Positions 42,170 to 53,610 are shown, counted from the stretch's first letter. The stretch is 64,000 nt of DNA from Tubiluchus corallicola (GCA_030141605.1 JAQGDQ010000008.1:496001-560000); one strand, 5' to 3'. A program made the numbers and translations. Notes: generated by a model from the sequence alone, not told the origin.

Positions 42170-44042
42170 GCGTTTTTTGTTGTTTTTTGTACAGTATTTA
42201 ATCTTGTTTTCTTCATTGCGTTCATTTTGCAAGGAGGAGGATTATTCTTTCTCTTCAGCTTCCATGATACACCCCTATATTGTACCATTTCCTGTTTTTG
42301 TCGCAGTGTATTGTGTACGAATAGAATCTTTTAAATACACTTGAAACGTGCTATTTTTGCTCAAGTACAGTTTCCCTATGTTCTGTTAGTCTACTTTCAC
42401 AGAAAAACAATTTTTATCAGCAATATTTATTGTAAACAAAACATCAAAAACAAACAGATGTTGCCATCTTTTATGAACAGAAAGTTCTGGAGCAATATAA
42501 GAAATTATGACAGCTGTGGCAATACTCTTACAGCCTGCACCGGTACTACCAAGTTCTAAAATGTGACGAAAATTCAGGCTCTATCTAAACAACAGATTAA
42601 TATTTTTGACAGTTATAAAAACCAACAGATAGCACACATAGCAACAAAAAAGTAGATACTTCATTGATATAAATCCCAGATCAGCAAAAAGGACAAGTCC
42701 TGACATCATCATCATAGACAATGCACAACATTGAAAACTTCATAGACAAACATCACCTATCAATATCATAGCATGTATACAGTGTATTGTATACTACATC
42801 ATTGTACACAGTCTGTCAACAAACAGAGCACATCGATTTACTGATAAATTACTCAGGCACTGACAATTAATTGAGCCATAAAGCTATGTTGTTTTAGTAG
42901 CCATTAGAATAACCACAACATTGATAACATGCAGACTTTGGATGGGCACCACTGCCTTTTCGTAGATTGCCAAAACAACAGAAAATTCAAATTAGTTGAG
43001 TTTTCAGACGATGCAACGCATTTCACGAGTAGCACTTGTAAAATAAAAAATATTGCACTGCCGTTAATACTATCTACTATTATTCATTCAGAGTAAATTA
43101 TACTTCATAAGCGAGGTGAAAATTTCTATTTCGCATACAAATACATTCCAAACAATGAGATATTTTGGTACACAACAGTTGGCAGAACCAAAAGGGCTGA
43201 TAATTTGATAAAATGTCTTTAATAATCAGTCCATGAAATTTATTTTAAATAAATTAACATTCCTTTCAAATACTCAAATCAACAGAGTGTTAGTGTTACA
43301 AATTTAAAATAACTACAATTCACACAAATGGGATCTGTTCACAACACAATTGTGATTCAAGATTGTTATACACATTTTTGTTAGTGAAATCATAGCAGTT
43401 TTGAACTTTTAGTAATTTAGCGTGTTTATAATCATGAATCCCCTATATTCACGCTGATAAGTGATGAATTACCAAAGTATTATTAGTACAGTCACACCAG
43501 CACAACCTTGTTTATTATGATTTCAGAAATCTACGACTTGAACAACCTTGAAGTATATGAATATACAAATGGTAGCAACGACACATATATGCTTATAAGA
43601 ACAAATATTTTGGCTTACTTAATAAAAACCATACTAGGATATTCTACTCCATGTATATAAATATATACATTTGTACAAATAAGTTTGATTTTGCAATGCC
43701 CAAGTACTGCTTGCTGAGGCTGAAAAAAACATCGTTTCTTGTAGGTGGTACGAATGAAGCATTAAAATCGATCCTGAATAATCGACAATTTTCTTTAAAA
43801 GTATTTACATGTGCTGACTAAAAACTGTATGCAAAATTATATGAGTGAACTAAACATCTTGACAACTTACTAACGGCATCATCCAGAAAAATTGCTTTTT
43901 ATAGCGCAGTAAACAATAAAAACTTTCTTATTTGTTTTAAAACGATTTAAAATTTAGTGTTTATTTATGCACCATTACTTAATTGGCTGGTTAAATTTGC
44001 ACTTATATGCTTTTTCAAACATCAAAAATCTTCGGTTCATGG

Positions 44043-45242
44043 TCATTTTTTATTAGACTTAATGCCACGTCTATCCTCTCTTCGTAGACTGTTAATGCCA
44101 GAATGTCCAGTAAACCTTGCTGCATCATTTGGAGCACTGGGTGCAGACACCTGCTGCAAGCGGCCCAGTCCTTCTTGATCCCTTGCAAGAGGGCGCGGTG
44201 AATTGGGAACTGCGCCAGCACCGCCTGAGCCAGTCTGCAACTGAAGCTGATCCGTCCTCATCCTACCACTGCTGCCCGTGCCTAAAAGTGCCCTGGTTGA
44301 ATGGTGGGCTCTTTCGCGTCTATCTCTATCCGTCTCCTCTGTATTACGAGCACCACCAAATTTTAACATGTTCCAATCGAAAACATAATCATACGTAAAA
44401 CCCTGCCGATGAAATAAGTTTCTGTATAGCTGACGCAAATAACTATAGTCTGGTTTGTCATCAAACCTAAGTGAGCGACAAAAATTTAGATATGTTGCAA
44501 ATTCTGATGAGTAACTTTTACACAATTCCTCAATCGGCGTGGACATTTTCTTTTCGCTGATTCGTTCATACTTCTGACGTTTGTTGGCAGCTTTTAGACC
44601 CTGCCACGGCAGACTTCCTCGATTAAAATACATGAGCACGTATCCAAGAGACTCGAGATCATCCCTCCGACTTTGTTCTATTCCCAAATGGGTATTAATT
44701 GAAGCATAGCGCGCTGTACCAGTGAGATTTTTATTCTCTCGATAAGGAATATGTTGATGGGTACGAGGATCACGATACTTCTTTGCTAACCCAAAGTCAA
44801 TAATGTAAACCAAGTTGCCTTTCTTGCCTAAACCCATGAGAAAATTGTCAGGTTTCACATCTCGATGTATAAAATTTTTTGAATGTATATATTCAACACG
44901 ACTAATCATTTGATCGGCTAGCAAAAGGACAGTTTTTAAACTGAATTTTCGATTACAGAAATTAAAAAGATCTTCTAGACTTGGCCCTAGCAATTCCATC
45001 ACCATAACATTGTAATCACCTTCTGCACCACACCATTTTATTGCTGGAATTCCAACCCCGCCTTGCATCATCTTATAGAATTTACTTTCGATGTGTAATT
45101 GAGGATGCTTCGTTTTAACACATTCAAGCTTAATAGCCACTTCCTCTCCATTCGTTATGTTTGTGCCTAAGTAAATATCTCCAAAAGAACCACTGCCTAT
45201 TTTTCTACCAAGTCTGTATTTGTTGCCAACTCGAAGCTCCAT
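44043..45242 (-). CDS. CSNK1D: Casein kinase 1 delta/epsilon (doubletime-like), intronless CDS, 399 aa
   Basis: [59 protein letters not shown] and [13 protein letters not shown] are the CK1 delta/epsilon pattern. The first ATG is at 45242; the ORF track starts two codons earlier at GTG. Delta versus epsilon cannot be separated for an invertebrate single orthologue. Confidence 0.96.
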   Translation of the reverse strand: MELRVGNKYRLGRKIGSGSFGDIYLGTNITNGEEVAIKLECVKTKHPQLHIESKFYKMMQGGVGIPAIKWCGAEGDYNVMVMELLGPSLEDLFNFCNRKFSLKTVLLLADQMISRVEYIHSKNFIHRDVKPDNFLMGLGKKGNLVYIIDFGLAKKYRDPRTHQHIPYRENKNLTGTARYASINTHLGIEQSRRDDLESLGYVLMYFNRGSLPWQGLKAANKRQKYERISEKKMSTPIEELCKSYSSEFATYLNFCRSLRFDDKPDYSYLRQLYRNLFHRQGFTYDYVFDWNMLKFGGARNTEETDRDRRERAHHSTRALLGTGSSGRMRTDQLQLQTGSGGAGAVPNSPRPLARDQEGLGRLQQVSAPSAPNDAARFTGHSGINSLRREDRRGIKSNKK

Positions 45243-45605
45243 TTTCACCAGTCTAAAAATTAGAATTGGTGAAACTCTTAATCATAAGAAACATGCATTA
45301 TCAACGTCTCGACGTCTACGTATTGTAGCATTGCCGCTTCATTAATATAACTTTTTCACCGTCGAAATTTTCCACGGGATTATACCGATTTTCAGCTGCA
45401 AGCTCTGATATCGCCATTATGATTCATTGTGAATCATCGATTATTTGATTACACGACGAAAATTCTTTCTTCACATAACTAAAAAAAATTCCAAGCGGGT
45501 AAAGCTTTTTTAATTAAAGTACTCGCAGTATAACGTGATGATATTATACACTAATTTGTTGGAATTTGTCAAATTTCGCAAAACCAAGAAAATTAACCTT
45601 TTGTT

Positions 45606-45623
45606 CGTCACCCGGAAGTGACG
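45606..45623. promoter_or_regulatory. ETS + CRE-half-site composite in the likely CK1 promoter
   Basis: CGTCAC-CCGGAA-GTGACG contains CCGGAAGTGACG. It sits in a locally CpG-rich stretch ~360 bp upstream of the CK1 ATG. Confidence 0.5.
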
Positions 45624-45991
45624 CGTTAAGTCGAGAAATACAGAAATACGGTAACGCCAAACAACCAAAATTTCAAATCGATTCCTAATAACTTTCTAGC
45701 AATGCCAGCATAAAATTACAATTTAAATACGAAAAGGTCAAAAGAAAAAGCATCATCATTGCTTGTTTGTAATTTAGACAGTGTGGTAAAAATACCTGAG
45801 ATACATATATTGTTTAGCTCTTTTTCTCTTGTTCTTCATGTTCCGTTTCGTTCTACAATGAAGGCAGGATGCAATGGCAGATTTCCATCTATTACGATCC
45901 ACAGCAATTCAAGCAATTCCAGTATTTTCTTCTTATAATCATCAAAACATCGGCATATTTTTTGTGTCACCTCATATAGTATTGTACATCT

Positions 45992-46042
45992 ACACACACA
46001 CACACACACACATATATATACATATATATATGTACATGTATG
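45992..46042. repeat. (CA)n/(TA)n compound microsatellite
   Basis: acacacacacacacacacacatatatatacatatatatatgtacatgtatg. Confidence 0.9.
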
Positions 46043-46912
46043 TAAAACATTATATAATATATTACTTTATACATATTACTGTTACGGTGTCTGTTCTTAA
46101 TAATAAAAAAACTGCTAAGTTGAAAACTTGATATAATTTGCTGCAACTTGTATTTGTATTTTTTGGACATCTTTAGTTACAACTTACAATTTAGTTACCA
46201 TTTGAATTTGTGCTTGGGTTTATTTAGCTAGCAATCGACAATTTAACTATCACTATTTGTCTATTAACAAGGCTTTCTGACATAAGCAAGCATTTTGCTG
46301 TGTACTAATTATTAAATCAACGATGAAGTTAAAACTTAATAAGACATAGACAACTAGTCGCAGTAAGACCGTGGAATAACAGACCGGAGTTGTCTCTGTA
46401 AAGAAGAGACAACCTGAGAATGAAAAAATTAAACGTATGCCATATTGCAGACAAGCAACGAAGCTTAAGAAGAACTTCAAAAGTCGTGCCTGCGTAAAAA
46501 TTTGAAATTTTGATCGTTGCGATGATCAGTTTGCTACATGGAAATTGAGAAGTGGTTACTCACAACGTGTGTGATTAATGTTCCCCTGTTTTTGAGGTAT
46601 TTTCTGTTATAACCATACGTATTTTGTGTGTATATGTTACTTGTATTATCCAATGATATTTGCGTTTGCAACATTGTCCTCTTCGCTTGTTGCGCTAAAC
46701 AAACCTGCCGGGTCACTAAATCTAAGTTTTAGCTAAATTCTTTTAAGTGTGTAATAATTACTGTTTTTCATTGAGTTATTTATTTATATTTATTCTCCGC
46801 CACTTCAACGCTTAATAATTCGTAAGTCTTGCAAGCCAGGCTCACCAACCTCACAGGGTAGGTAGCCCTGGGCGGAGCACGTACAGCAATTTAGTAACCG
46901 CTGATCATTGAT

Positions 46913-47938
46913 CAAGGGGGAAGGGCAGTGGACGTTGGTCAGTTTTTCCTTTATGAGTCAACTCCTCCTAGGGCTTTCGTTTTTCACAAGTATTTGTGTA
47001 CTGTGGGGCAGGTGTGCATCTGGGTTTTTAAAAAGCTGACAAGCTTTAAATGTTCGAGTGAGGGGCCAAAATGCAAAAACTGCTCGCACAGTTTTTGAGC
47101 TACTATTTGGTATGTAGCTAGGTGGTGTCGTGGCCTTGCACATGACAAAATATAGCACATGCGCATATAGCCAAATTTTCCACTAAGGGGCAAAAATCGA
47201 AAAATGGGGGTCAGGAACAGAAGTTTGATCAATGGTACTTGTAGCATATCAAATGAAAGGTCTCGACGAGGTGGATCAAATGGCATAGGTTACAATGAGA
47301 ATAGTTAACCCGCAACCCCGCTAGGGGGCAAAAACGGAAAAATAGGGGTCGGGAAGTGAAGTGCACCGAGTGTTGAGCAAAGGTACCTTGTACCATATCA
47401 AATGAATGGTCTCGATGAGGCGGGTCGAATGGCATACGTTGCAATTAGAATAGCTAGTGTGCGAGACCTCTAGGGGGCAAAAACCGAAAAATGGGGGTCG
47501 GCAACAGAAATGCATCCAGTGTCTACGAATAGCACCATGTAGCATATCAAATGAAAGGTCTTGATGGGGCGAGTCGAATGGTATAGGTTACAGTGTGAAT
47601 CGTTAACCTGTGACCCAGTTAGGGGCAAAATAGGGGTCGAGAAGACAAATGCCTCCCAGGGTCCATGAAAAACAGGTTGTTGTGTATCAAATGAAAGGTC
47701 TCAATGAGACAACCTGAATGATGTAAGCTATGCCAAGATTGTTGACCTTTGACCTGTGGGTGATGGGCTGAACAGTTAAATCCTGTGGTTTCGTTGTGAA
47801 ATGCACTTTCCATTTATTCAAGCAATTCAACAAAAGAAAATAAGCACTTTAAAAAAAAGCTGTCATCTCTTCATTTTTGAGGCTGGATTTTATTGTTTGC
47901 AAAATCTTCAGTTTCTGACTGCGTCAGAAACATTGTCA
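46913..47938 (-). mobile_element. ~1 kb non-autonomous repeat element with 149-bp internal tandem units (copy B)
   Basis: Inverted homologue of 21082-22169. The catatcaaatgaa.ggtct motif recurs at 47245, 47394, 47543 (period 149) and again near 47685. A GC-rich hairpin lies just outside at 46839-46867. Confidence 0.85.
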
Positions 47939-49980
47939 AATAGTTTAGTTTGATTTTCTTCTGTTGCTTTTTCCTTGGTTCGACTATTAGAGCTTTTTTC
48001 TACAGCCTGGAGTGGCGAAGCTTGTGGCAGCTTCTTTATACGCCTAGCAAGCAGTCTTTGTCCAAAGAACAGAACACATGCGATCGTCTTAGGGGCTAGG
48101 GCAAACCAGATTTACGGAAGAATGTTGTACTCAACTTTGCTTTATACCAGACTGTACAAATAGATGCAGAATTATGTAAATTACTAAGACCAAAGGTGTG
48201 CCACTCATCTGCTATTTGTGCTGCATATTTCAAAAAGCACTTTAAAATCAAGTGCTGACATTTATAAATTAGAGAAAACGAGGAATCTTAGAGCAAATTA
48301 AAGTGGTATAATTTAAATTTACAAATTTCAAGAAGTATTAAAATCTAAAGTGAAATATTCGGGTAAAAGAATTGAATTTAATTAGAGTCATATTGTTCAG
48401 TAAGGGTGGTACATTAATCTTAGCGCTGAAAATTTTAGAAAGGTCTTGCTCCTTAATCTCTAGTACTCCTGCATTCTTTCAATGCTCTTATTCAATGCAT
48501 TTTAAAAAGGAACGGAAATCGGCGAGGGATAAAGGGGCAAATTTCATGGTTCTAGCAGTCGATGCAGTCATTCATAATGTGGTAACGTTCTGTTCTGTTT
48601 AATTCTTAACTGTACAATATTAATTTTTGTTCAAGCATTAATATGACCAAAAAATGTTTGTAAACTTACTGTATGTCAGTGAATTTTTACCAGTATGTGT
48701 GCTCAGCTGCACTTGCAAACTTAGCAAAACTTGTGCTCTGGTCTCTGATTCTAGCTGTTTACTTCATGAGTTAAGGATGCATACATCCGAACGTGGCTAA
48801 ACTACATCTACCAGTTCAATGACCTTGTCTTAGATACGGTGCCTTGATAATGACAGTGATGATCATCATCATTGTTGAATTACAGTTGAATGCTTGATTC
48901 AAACCTGCATTGTACCAAACTTTATAAATATCAGTACTCACACTGGTAGCAAAAATCAGACTCCTTATACCGGTCGGGTACCCGACGGTTGAGATTTAAT
49001 GCCTGTGAAGAAACTGTAATCATTTATATTCACAAATAAAAACAACCACTGGTGCATTTAACTAACTGCACTGTTATGTTAACAACAAGCATTCGTTTAT
49101 TACACCCTGAAGGCCTGAACACGAGCTGTGTGTCGCAAAAGTTAGTGTTTTCCCCACACTCAAATTTTTGCATGCCAAACAGACCTTAATTACTTATATG
49201 CACGCTTTGTCAATGAGTCGGCTATGGCACTGAGCATTATTAATGTTGCTATGGAATAAAATTATCTATACTCCTTTTTGTGTGCTGTTAAACCTAACAG
49301 TCCGTTTACTTGTATCTTTGTTAGTGCCCCGAAATAGGTTTTTAAAGGTTAATAAACAGTTTCATTTGGATGATTAACCTCTTAGTAAAGAAATTATAGT
49401 TTGTTTTTCATACATCACTCCTACAGCAAAAATGGTTTGATCTGTCATCTCCCTACTGGCTTTTGGGGCACAGCCAATGCAGCAGTTGATAGTTTGCTAG
49501 TAAGTACCTACTATAGAAGCACAAAACAGAAAGTGCCATTTAAATTTTAAATTCTCCAACAGTGGATACTGTGTTACAAATGTTTGCATTTTCATTGTTG
49601 GAACCGACTAGAAATAGGCTCGTGCGTGTGGGCATGTTTTCATTACACGAATATGCTATACACACACGTAAGAAATTAAAAACAAAAATTTGTAAGTTCC
49701 AGATTGCTGTCAACTTCAGAATGATTTGGTTTTAAAAAATGCTTTAAGAAGTCAACAGATGGGGTGTGAAATTAGACTGTTAGGGTACAGTGATAATGTA
49801 CAAGATCTGGAGTGGATATTAATGGAAAGCTGTAGATAGCTCGCCCGTAAAAAATCTCACATTAGTGGAATAGATCTCCAGCTAGTTGTCAGTTTTAGTT
49901 CATATGTAGAATAGAATAGAGCTAATTGGAAGCAGTTCATTGTGGACTGAATAATCTTTTTTGGGAATTGCAGAACTTTG

Positions 49981-50190
49981 AAGTAAAAGAAACATAAAAT
50001 GGCTGCCTTAAACAAAGAGGAGGATGAAATGGCTGCCTCGGAGAAAGAGAAACATAAAGTGGCAGCTTTAAACAATGAGGAAGACAAAATGGCCAACTGG
50101 AAAAAACAGAAACATAAGATGGCTGACACGAACAAAGAGAAATGTAAAATGGGTACGTCTAACAAAGAGGAAGAAAACCTGGCTGCTCCA
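49981..50190 (+). repeat. 30-bp coding tandem repeat (~7 units) at the GH1 N-terminus
   Basis: Units such as aacaaagaggaggatgaaATGgctgcctcg. ATG/GTG/CTG recur at 49999, 50029, 50059, 50089, 50119, 50149 and 50179. Confidence 0.85.
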
Positions 50191-51639
50191 GAATCGTCAA
50201 AATCTCCAACACTCGATAAACTAGCCTCAGCTCAGTCATCTGCAATTTTTCCTGAGGGCTTTAAGTGGGGTGTAGCAACAGCTTCATATCAGATAGAGGG
50301 TGCCTGGGACAAAGATGGAAAAGGTAAAAGTGTGTGGGACGTGATTTCTCACTCTGGGCGAATTGCAAACCAAGACACAGGTGATGAAGCTTGTGACAGC
50401 TACCACAAATGGCAAAACGATATTGAACTCCTAAAACAGCTAGGCGTGCATCATTATCGATTCTCTATTAGCTGGCCTAGAGTTCTGCCTGATGGTACGA
50501 CATCTTACATTAATCAATCGGGCATCGACTACTATAACAATCTAATAACGTCCTTGTTACAAGCTTCCATAGAACCTTGGGTAACAATCCATCACTGGGA
50601 TCTGCCTCAAAGTCTACAAGATAAATACGGTGGTTGGCTGAGCACTAAAATAGTGGAGGACTACGTCAATTTTGCAGACGTGTGCTTCGCAAACTTCGGG
50701 GATCGTGTGAAAGTCTGGATAACAATCAATGAACCTTGGATGATTGCAATCGACATATATGGCACTGGTATCATTAATCCGACTGACTTTTCAACCGGAA
50801 CAGATGCTTACAAAGTGGGACATAACTTGATACGTGCACACGCTGAAGCTTACCATCTATACAATAACAAGTATCGTTCATCTCAACATGGACGAGTGGG
50901 AATTACATTGGATAGTCGATGGATGGAACCTGCAAGTAAAACTGAGAAAGATCACGAGGCTGCTGAAACTGCCCAACAGTTTTTCCTGGGTTGGTTTGCA
51001 GAACCCATTCTCAGTTCTGGCGATTATCCAGCTGTTATGAAACGGAAAATATTGCAGAAGAGCAAAGAGCAAGGATTAAGAGACAGTAGACTTCCGCAGT
51101 TTACTGTGGGAGAAGTTGAGAGAAATAAAGGCACTGCAGATTTTTTGGGTTTGAACTACTACTCGGCGTACATGGTTAAACCGCATAAGGAGTTAACGAA
51201 TAAACCAAGTTACCAAAGTGACCAGGATGCACTGCTATATGACGAACCATCGTGGCCTAAGTCAGGATCAAAATGGCTAAAGGTTGTTCCTTGGGGACTG
51301 CATAAGTTGCTGTGTTGGATACGCAATCATTATAAGAACCCAGTTGTGTACATAACAGAGAACGGATTCTCGGATAATACAGGAGAACTGCAAGATGATG
51401 ATCGGATTAACTATCTCAAGCAGCATATAGAAGCCATTCATCAGGCAATAAATGAAGGCTGCAATGTCAAGGGTTATACGGTGTGGAGTCTAATGGACAA
51501 TTTCGAATGGATGGAAGGATATAGAGAACGGTTTGGCATATTTCACATAGATTTCAAATGTGAGTCGAAGACACGAACGGCAAAAAAATCAGCTATGTGG
51601 TATAGTAGATTAATTCAAGACAATGGGATTTTTGAGTGA
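49999..51639 (+). CDS. Glycoside hydrolase family 1 beta-glucosidase (lactase/GBA3-like), intronless, no signal peptide
   Basis: FPEGFKWGVATASYQIEGAW, ACDSYHK, YRFSISWPR, TIHHWDLPQ, acid/base TINEP, nucleophile ITENG and WSLMDNFEW. An in-frame TAA at 49984 makes 49999 the first possible ATG. Confidence 0.95.
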   Translation: MAALNKEEDEMAASEKEKHKVAALNNEEDKMANWKKQKHKMADTNKEKCKMGTSNKEEENLAAPESSKSPTLDKLASAQSSAIFPEGFKWGVATASYQIEGAWDKDGKGKSVWDVISHSGRIANQDTGDEACDSYHKWQNDIELLKQLGVHHYRFSISWPRVLPDGTTSYINQSGIDYYNNLITSLLQASIEPWVTIHHWDLPQSLQDKYGGWLSTKIVEDYVNFADVCFANFGDRVKVWITINEPWMIAIDIYGTGIINPTDFSTGTDAYKVGHNLIRAHAEAYHLYNNKYRSSQHGRVGITLDSRWMEPASKTEKDHEAAETAQQFFLGWFAEPILSSGDYPAVMKRKILQKSKEQGLRDSRLPQFTVGEVERNKGTADFLGLNYYSAYMVKPHKELTNKPSYQSDQDALLYDEPSWPKSGSKWLKVVPWGLHKLLCWIRNHYKNPVVYITENGFSDNTGELQDDDRINYLKQHIEAIHQAINEGCNVKGYTVWSLMDNFEWMEGYRERFGIFHIDFKCESKTRTAKKSAMWYSRLIQDNGIFE

Positions 51640-51793
51640 AATGCATATAATGTTTATCTATAGGTAGAAACGTAATTGCATTTGTATTGTAGTTATACTT
51701 TAGTTTAGAGTTTAGACAACTTCCTCATTCCTGGTGTTTTCTTACAGTTGTTGAAATAGAGTGGGAAAAACATTTTCCTTTGTCACATGTTCA

Positions 51794-51799
51794 AATAAA
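51794..51799 (+). terminator. Probable GH1 polyadenylation signal
   Basis: AATAAA ~155 nt after the stop. Confidence 0.55.
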
Positions 51800-52629
51800 A
51801 AGATTGTACAACAAACAAAAACATAATTGCTAAAAAGTATTTGTATACATGTTTGTTATCTGTAACCCTGCTATACTATCAGTGATTTTCTGCAAGAGGT
51901 GCTACACGTTTACAGAAAATGCACTAGTATCAACGAATGCCATTAAGTACTCAAGTACATTTCTGACTTCTCACCTCATCAAACCTAGTAATGGCTTATC
52001 ATTACTAACAGTAACATTATTAATTCTTTTACTTGGAACAATTTTTGTTAGCTGTAACATGGTGAGAGATGGTCAATGCTTTTTCAGCAATTAATTATTA
52101 TTACAGTATATAACTGCTGCTGAAATGGACTGTTTTAGCTTAATGCAACATTCATGGATGTAGGTAGGTTGAAAAATTTTAATTGAACAGTTCAAAATTG
52201 GTGCAGTCGATAACAATGTGTGCAGTATACCTATTGTAGTTGACTAGACAAAAACAAACTTCTTTTTAATAAACAAACCAGGTTCCGTTTCTTTTTAATG
52301 CACAAACCATATAAATAATAATTACAATTTAATTCTGTTCATTTTAACTGCCAAACGTTTTAGTGGCATTAAAACCATTCGCACTGCTAAGTCAGTAATT
52401 CAGAGCGATTTTAGTAACATTGCCTTATACAAGTAACACACAGATAACTGAAGTTTAACAGTTGTGGAATGTCATATGGGGGTTGTATCATAAGAACAGA
52501 AGATGCTGAACATCTCGCATTAGTCCTAGACCATACTTCTACTAGTTTGTTTTCTTTCCAGATAGAGCCTGAGCCAAACGGGGAATTAACAGACGAGCAC
52601 TACATATTTAGTCAAAAGAAAGTTTTGAA

Positions 52630-53340
52630 ATGGCAGAACAAGTTGGAAAAGTAGTACTCCCAGGTGATATTTTACAGGCAATACAAGAAAAAAACTCCAG
52701 ACAAAAAATAACTATTGGACCAGGACTAAGGCGAGATGGTCAGAAAATATATGTAACCAAATGTGGCATATTGCGGCAGCGAGAGCTGTGCGTGTTTTGG
52801 GTCGACTGTCATCAGAAACGCTACGTCCCAGCCAAGAGCGACAACGTGATAGGTGTGGTAATGGCAAAACAGGGCGATTACTTCCGCGTCGACATCGGAG
52901 GCAGCTCACCAGCATCATTGTCGTATCTGGCGTTCGAAGGAGCAACAAAAAGAAATCGTCCAAACCTTAATGTCGGTGATCTTGTCTACGCCAAACTGTT
53001 AGTGGCAAATAAAGACTGTGAACCGGAACTCGTGTGTATTGATCACTACGGTAAAGCATCCGGATTGGGGATTTTGCCCTCCAGTGGTTTTTTGTTCTGC
53101 TGCAGCATTTACTTGGTCCGAAACCTTTTATCTGTGGATTCAGAGCTGTTGAAACTTCTGGGAAAATCAATCCAATACGAGATCGCAATCGGCATGAATG
53201 GCAGAATATGGCTTCAAGCAAAAACTGCGCGGGAAACGATAGCGTTAACCAATGCAATATGTACCTCAGAACTGATGAGCAAGGATGAAATTCGGACTTT
53301 GTGTACAAAGAAATCGTACTTGCAAAATAACAGCTTTTAA
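52630..53340 (+). CDS. EXOSC3: Exosome complex component RRP40, intronless CDS, 236 aa
   Basis: VVLPGD, GPGLRR, KCGILR, QKRYVP..DNVIGVV, FRVDIGGS, LSYLAFEGATKRNRPNL, EPELVC and EIAIGMNGRIW are characteristic of RRP40 (S1+KH). Confidence 0.96.
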   Translation: MAEQVGKVVLPGDILQAIQEKNSRQKITIGPGLRRDGQKIYVTKCGILRQRELCVFWVDCHQKRYVPAKSDNVIGVVMAKQGDYFRVDIGGSSPASLSYLAFEGATKRNRPNLNVGDLVYAKLLVANKDCEPELVCIDHYGKASGLGILPSSGFLFCCSIYLVRNLLSVDSELLKLLGKSIQYEIAIGMNGRIWLQAKTARETIALTNAICTSELMSKDEIRTLCTKKSYLQNNSF

Positions 53341-53610
53341 GTAGTAGCTTCTGTTAAAATAATAGACCAATAATTTAGCATTATGCTCACAACTATCATT
53401 GCACAGTAATTGCAGAATCCCTCCAAGAAAGTCTTTAAATGGCTGAATATAATTGTAGACTTCCAGGGTCAGCACATATCCTTCGTTTTGTAAATTGCTT
53501 TAGTTATGTCCTGCAAGAGTCCGTGAACAGAGCTTGCAATAGTTCCACTTACCGGGTTTACTTTTAATCACGTTTCTATATTAGAATACCATTGGGCATT
53601 TTTAAAAATT

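Noticed and set aside
47180-47710. Regularly spaced repeats resembling a CRISPR array
   Set aside because: Whole 149-bp units are homologous with no unique spacers, there are no cas genes, and the context is eukaryotic.
48973-48986. 14-bp perfect palindrome GTCGGGTACCCGAC
   Set aside because: Isolated, with no partner terminus or TSD found.
49857-50165. Antisense 102-aa ORF over the GH1 repeat, and antisense ORFs over CK1, EXOSC3 and mTERF
   Set aside because: Shadow frames of real coding sequence.
49999-51639. Bacterial horizontal transfer as the origin of the GH1 gene
   Set aside because: The motifs look like animal lactase/GBA3-type GH1. Lack of introns alone is not evidence; a phylogeny would be needed.
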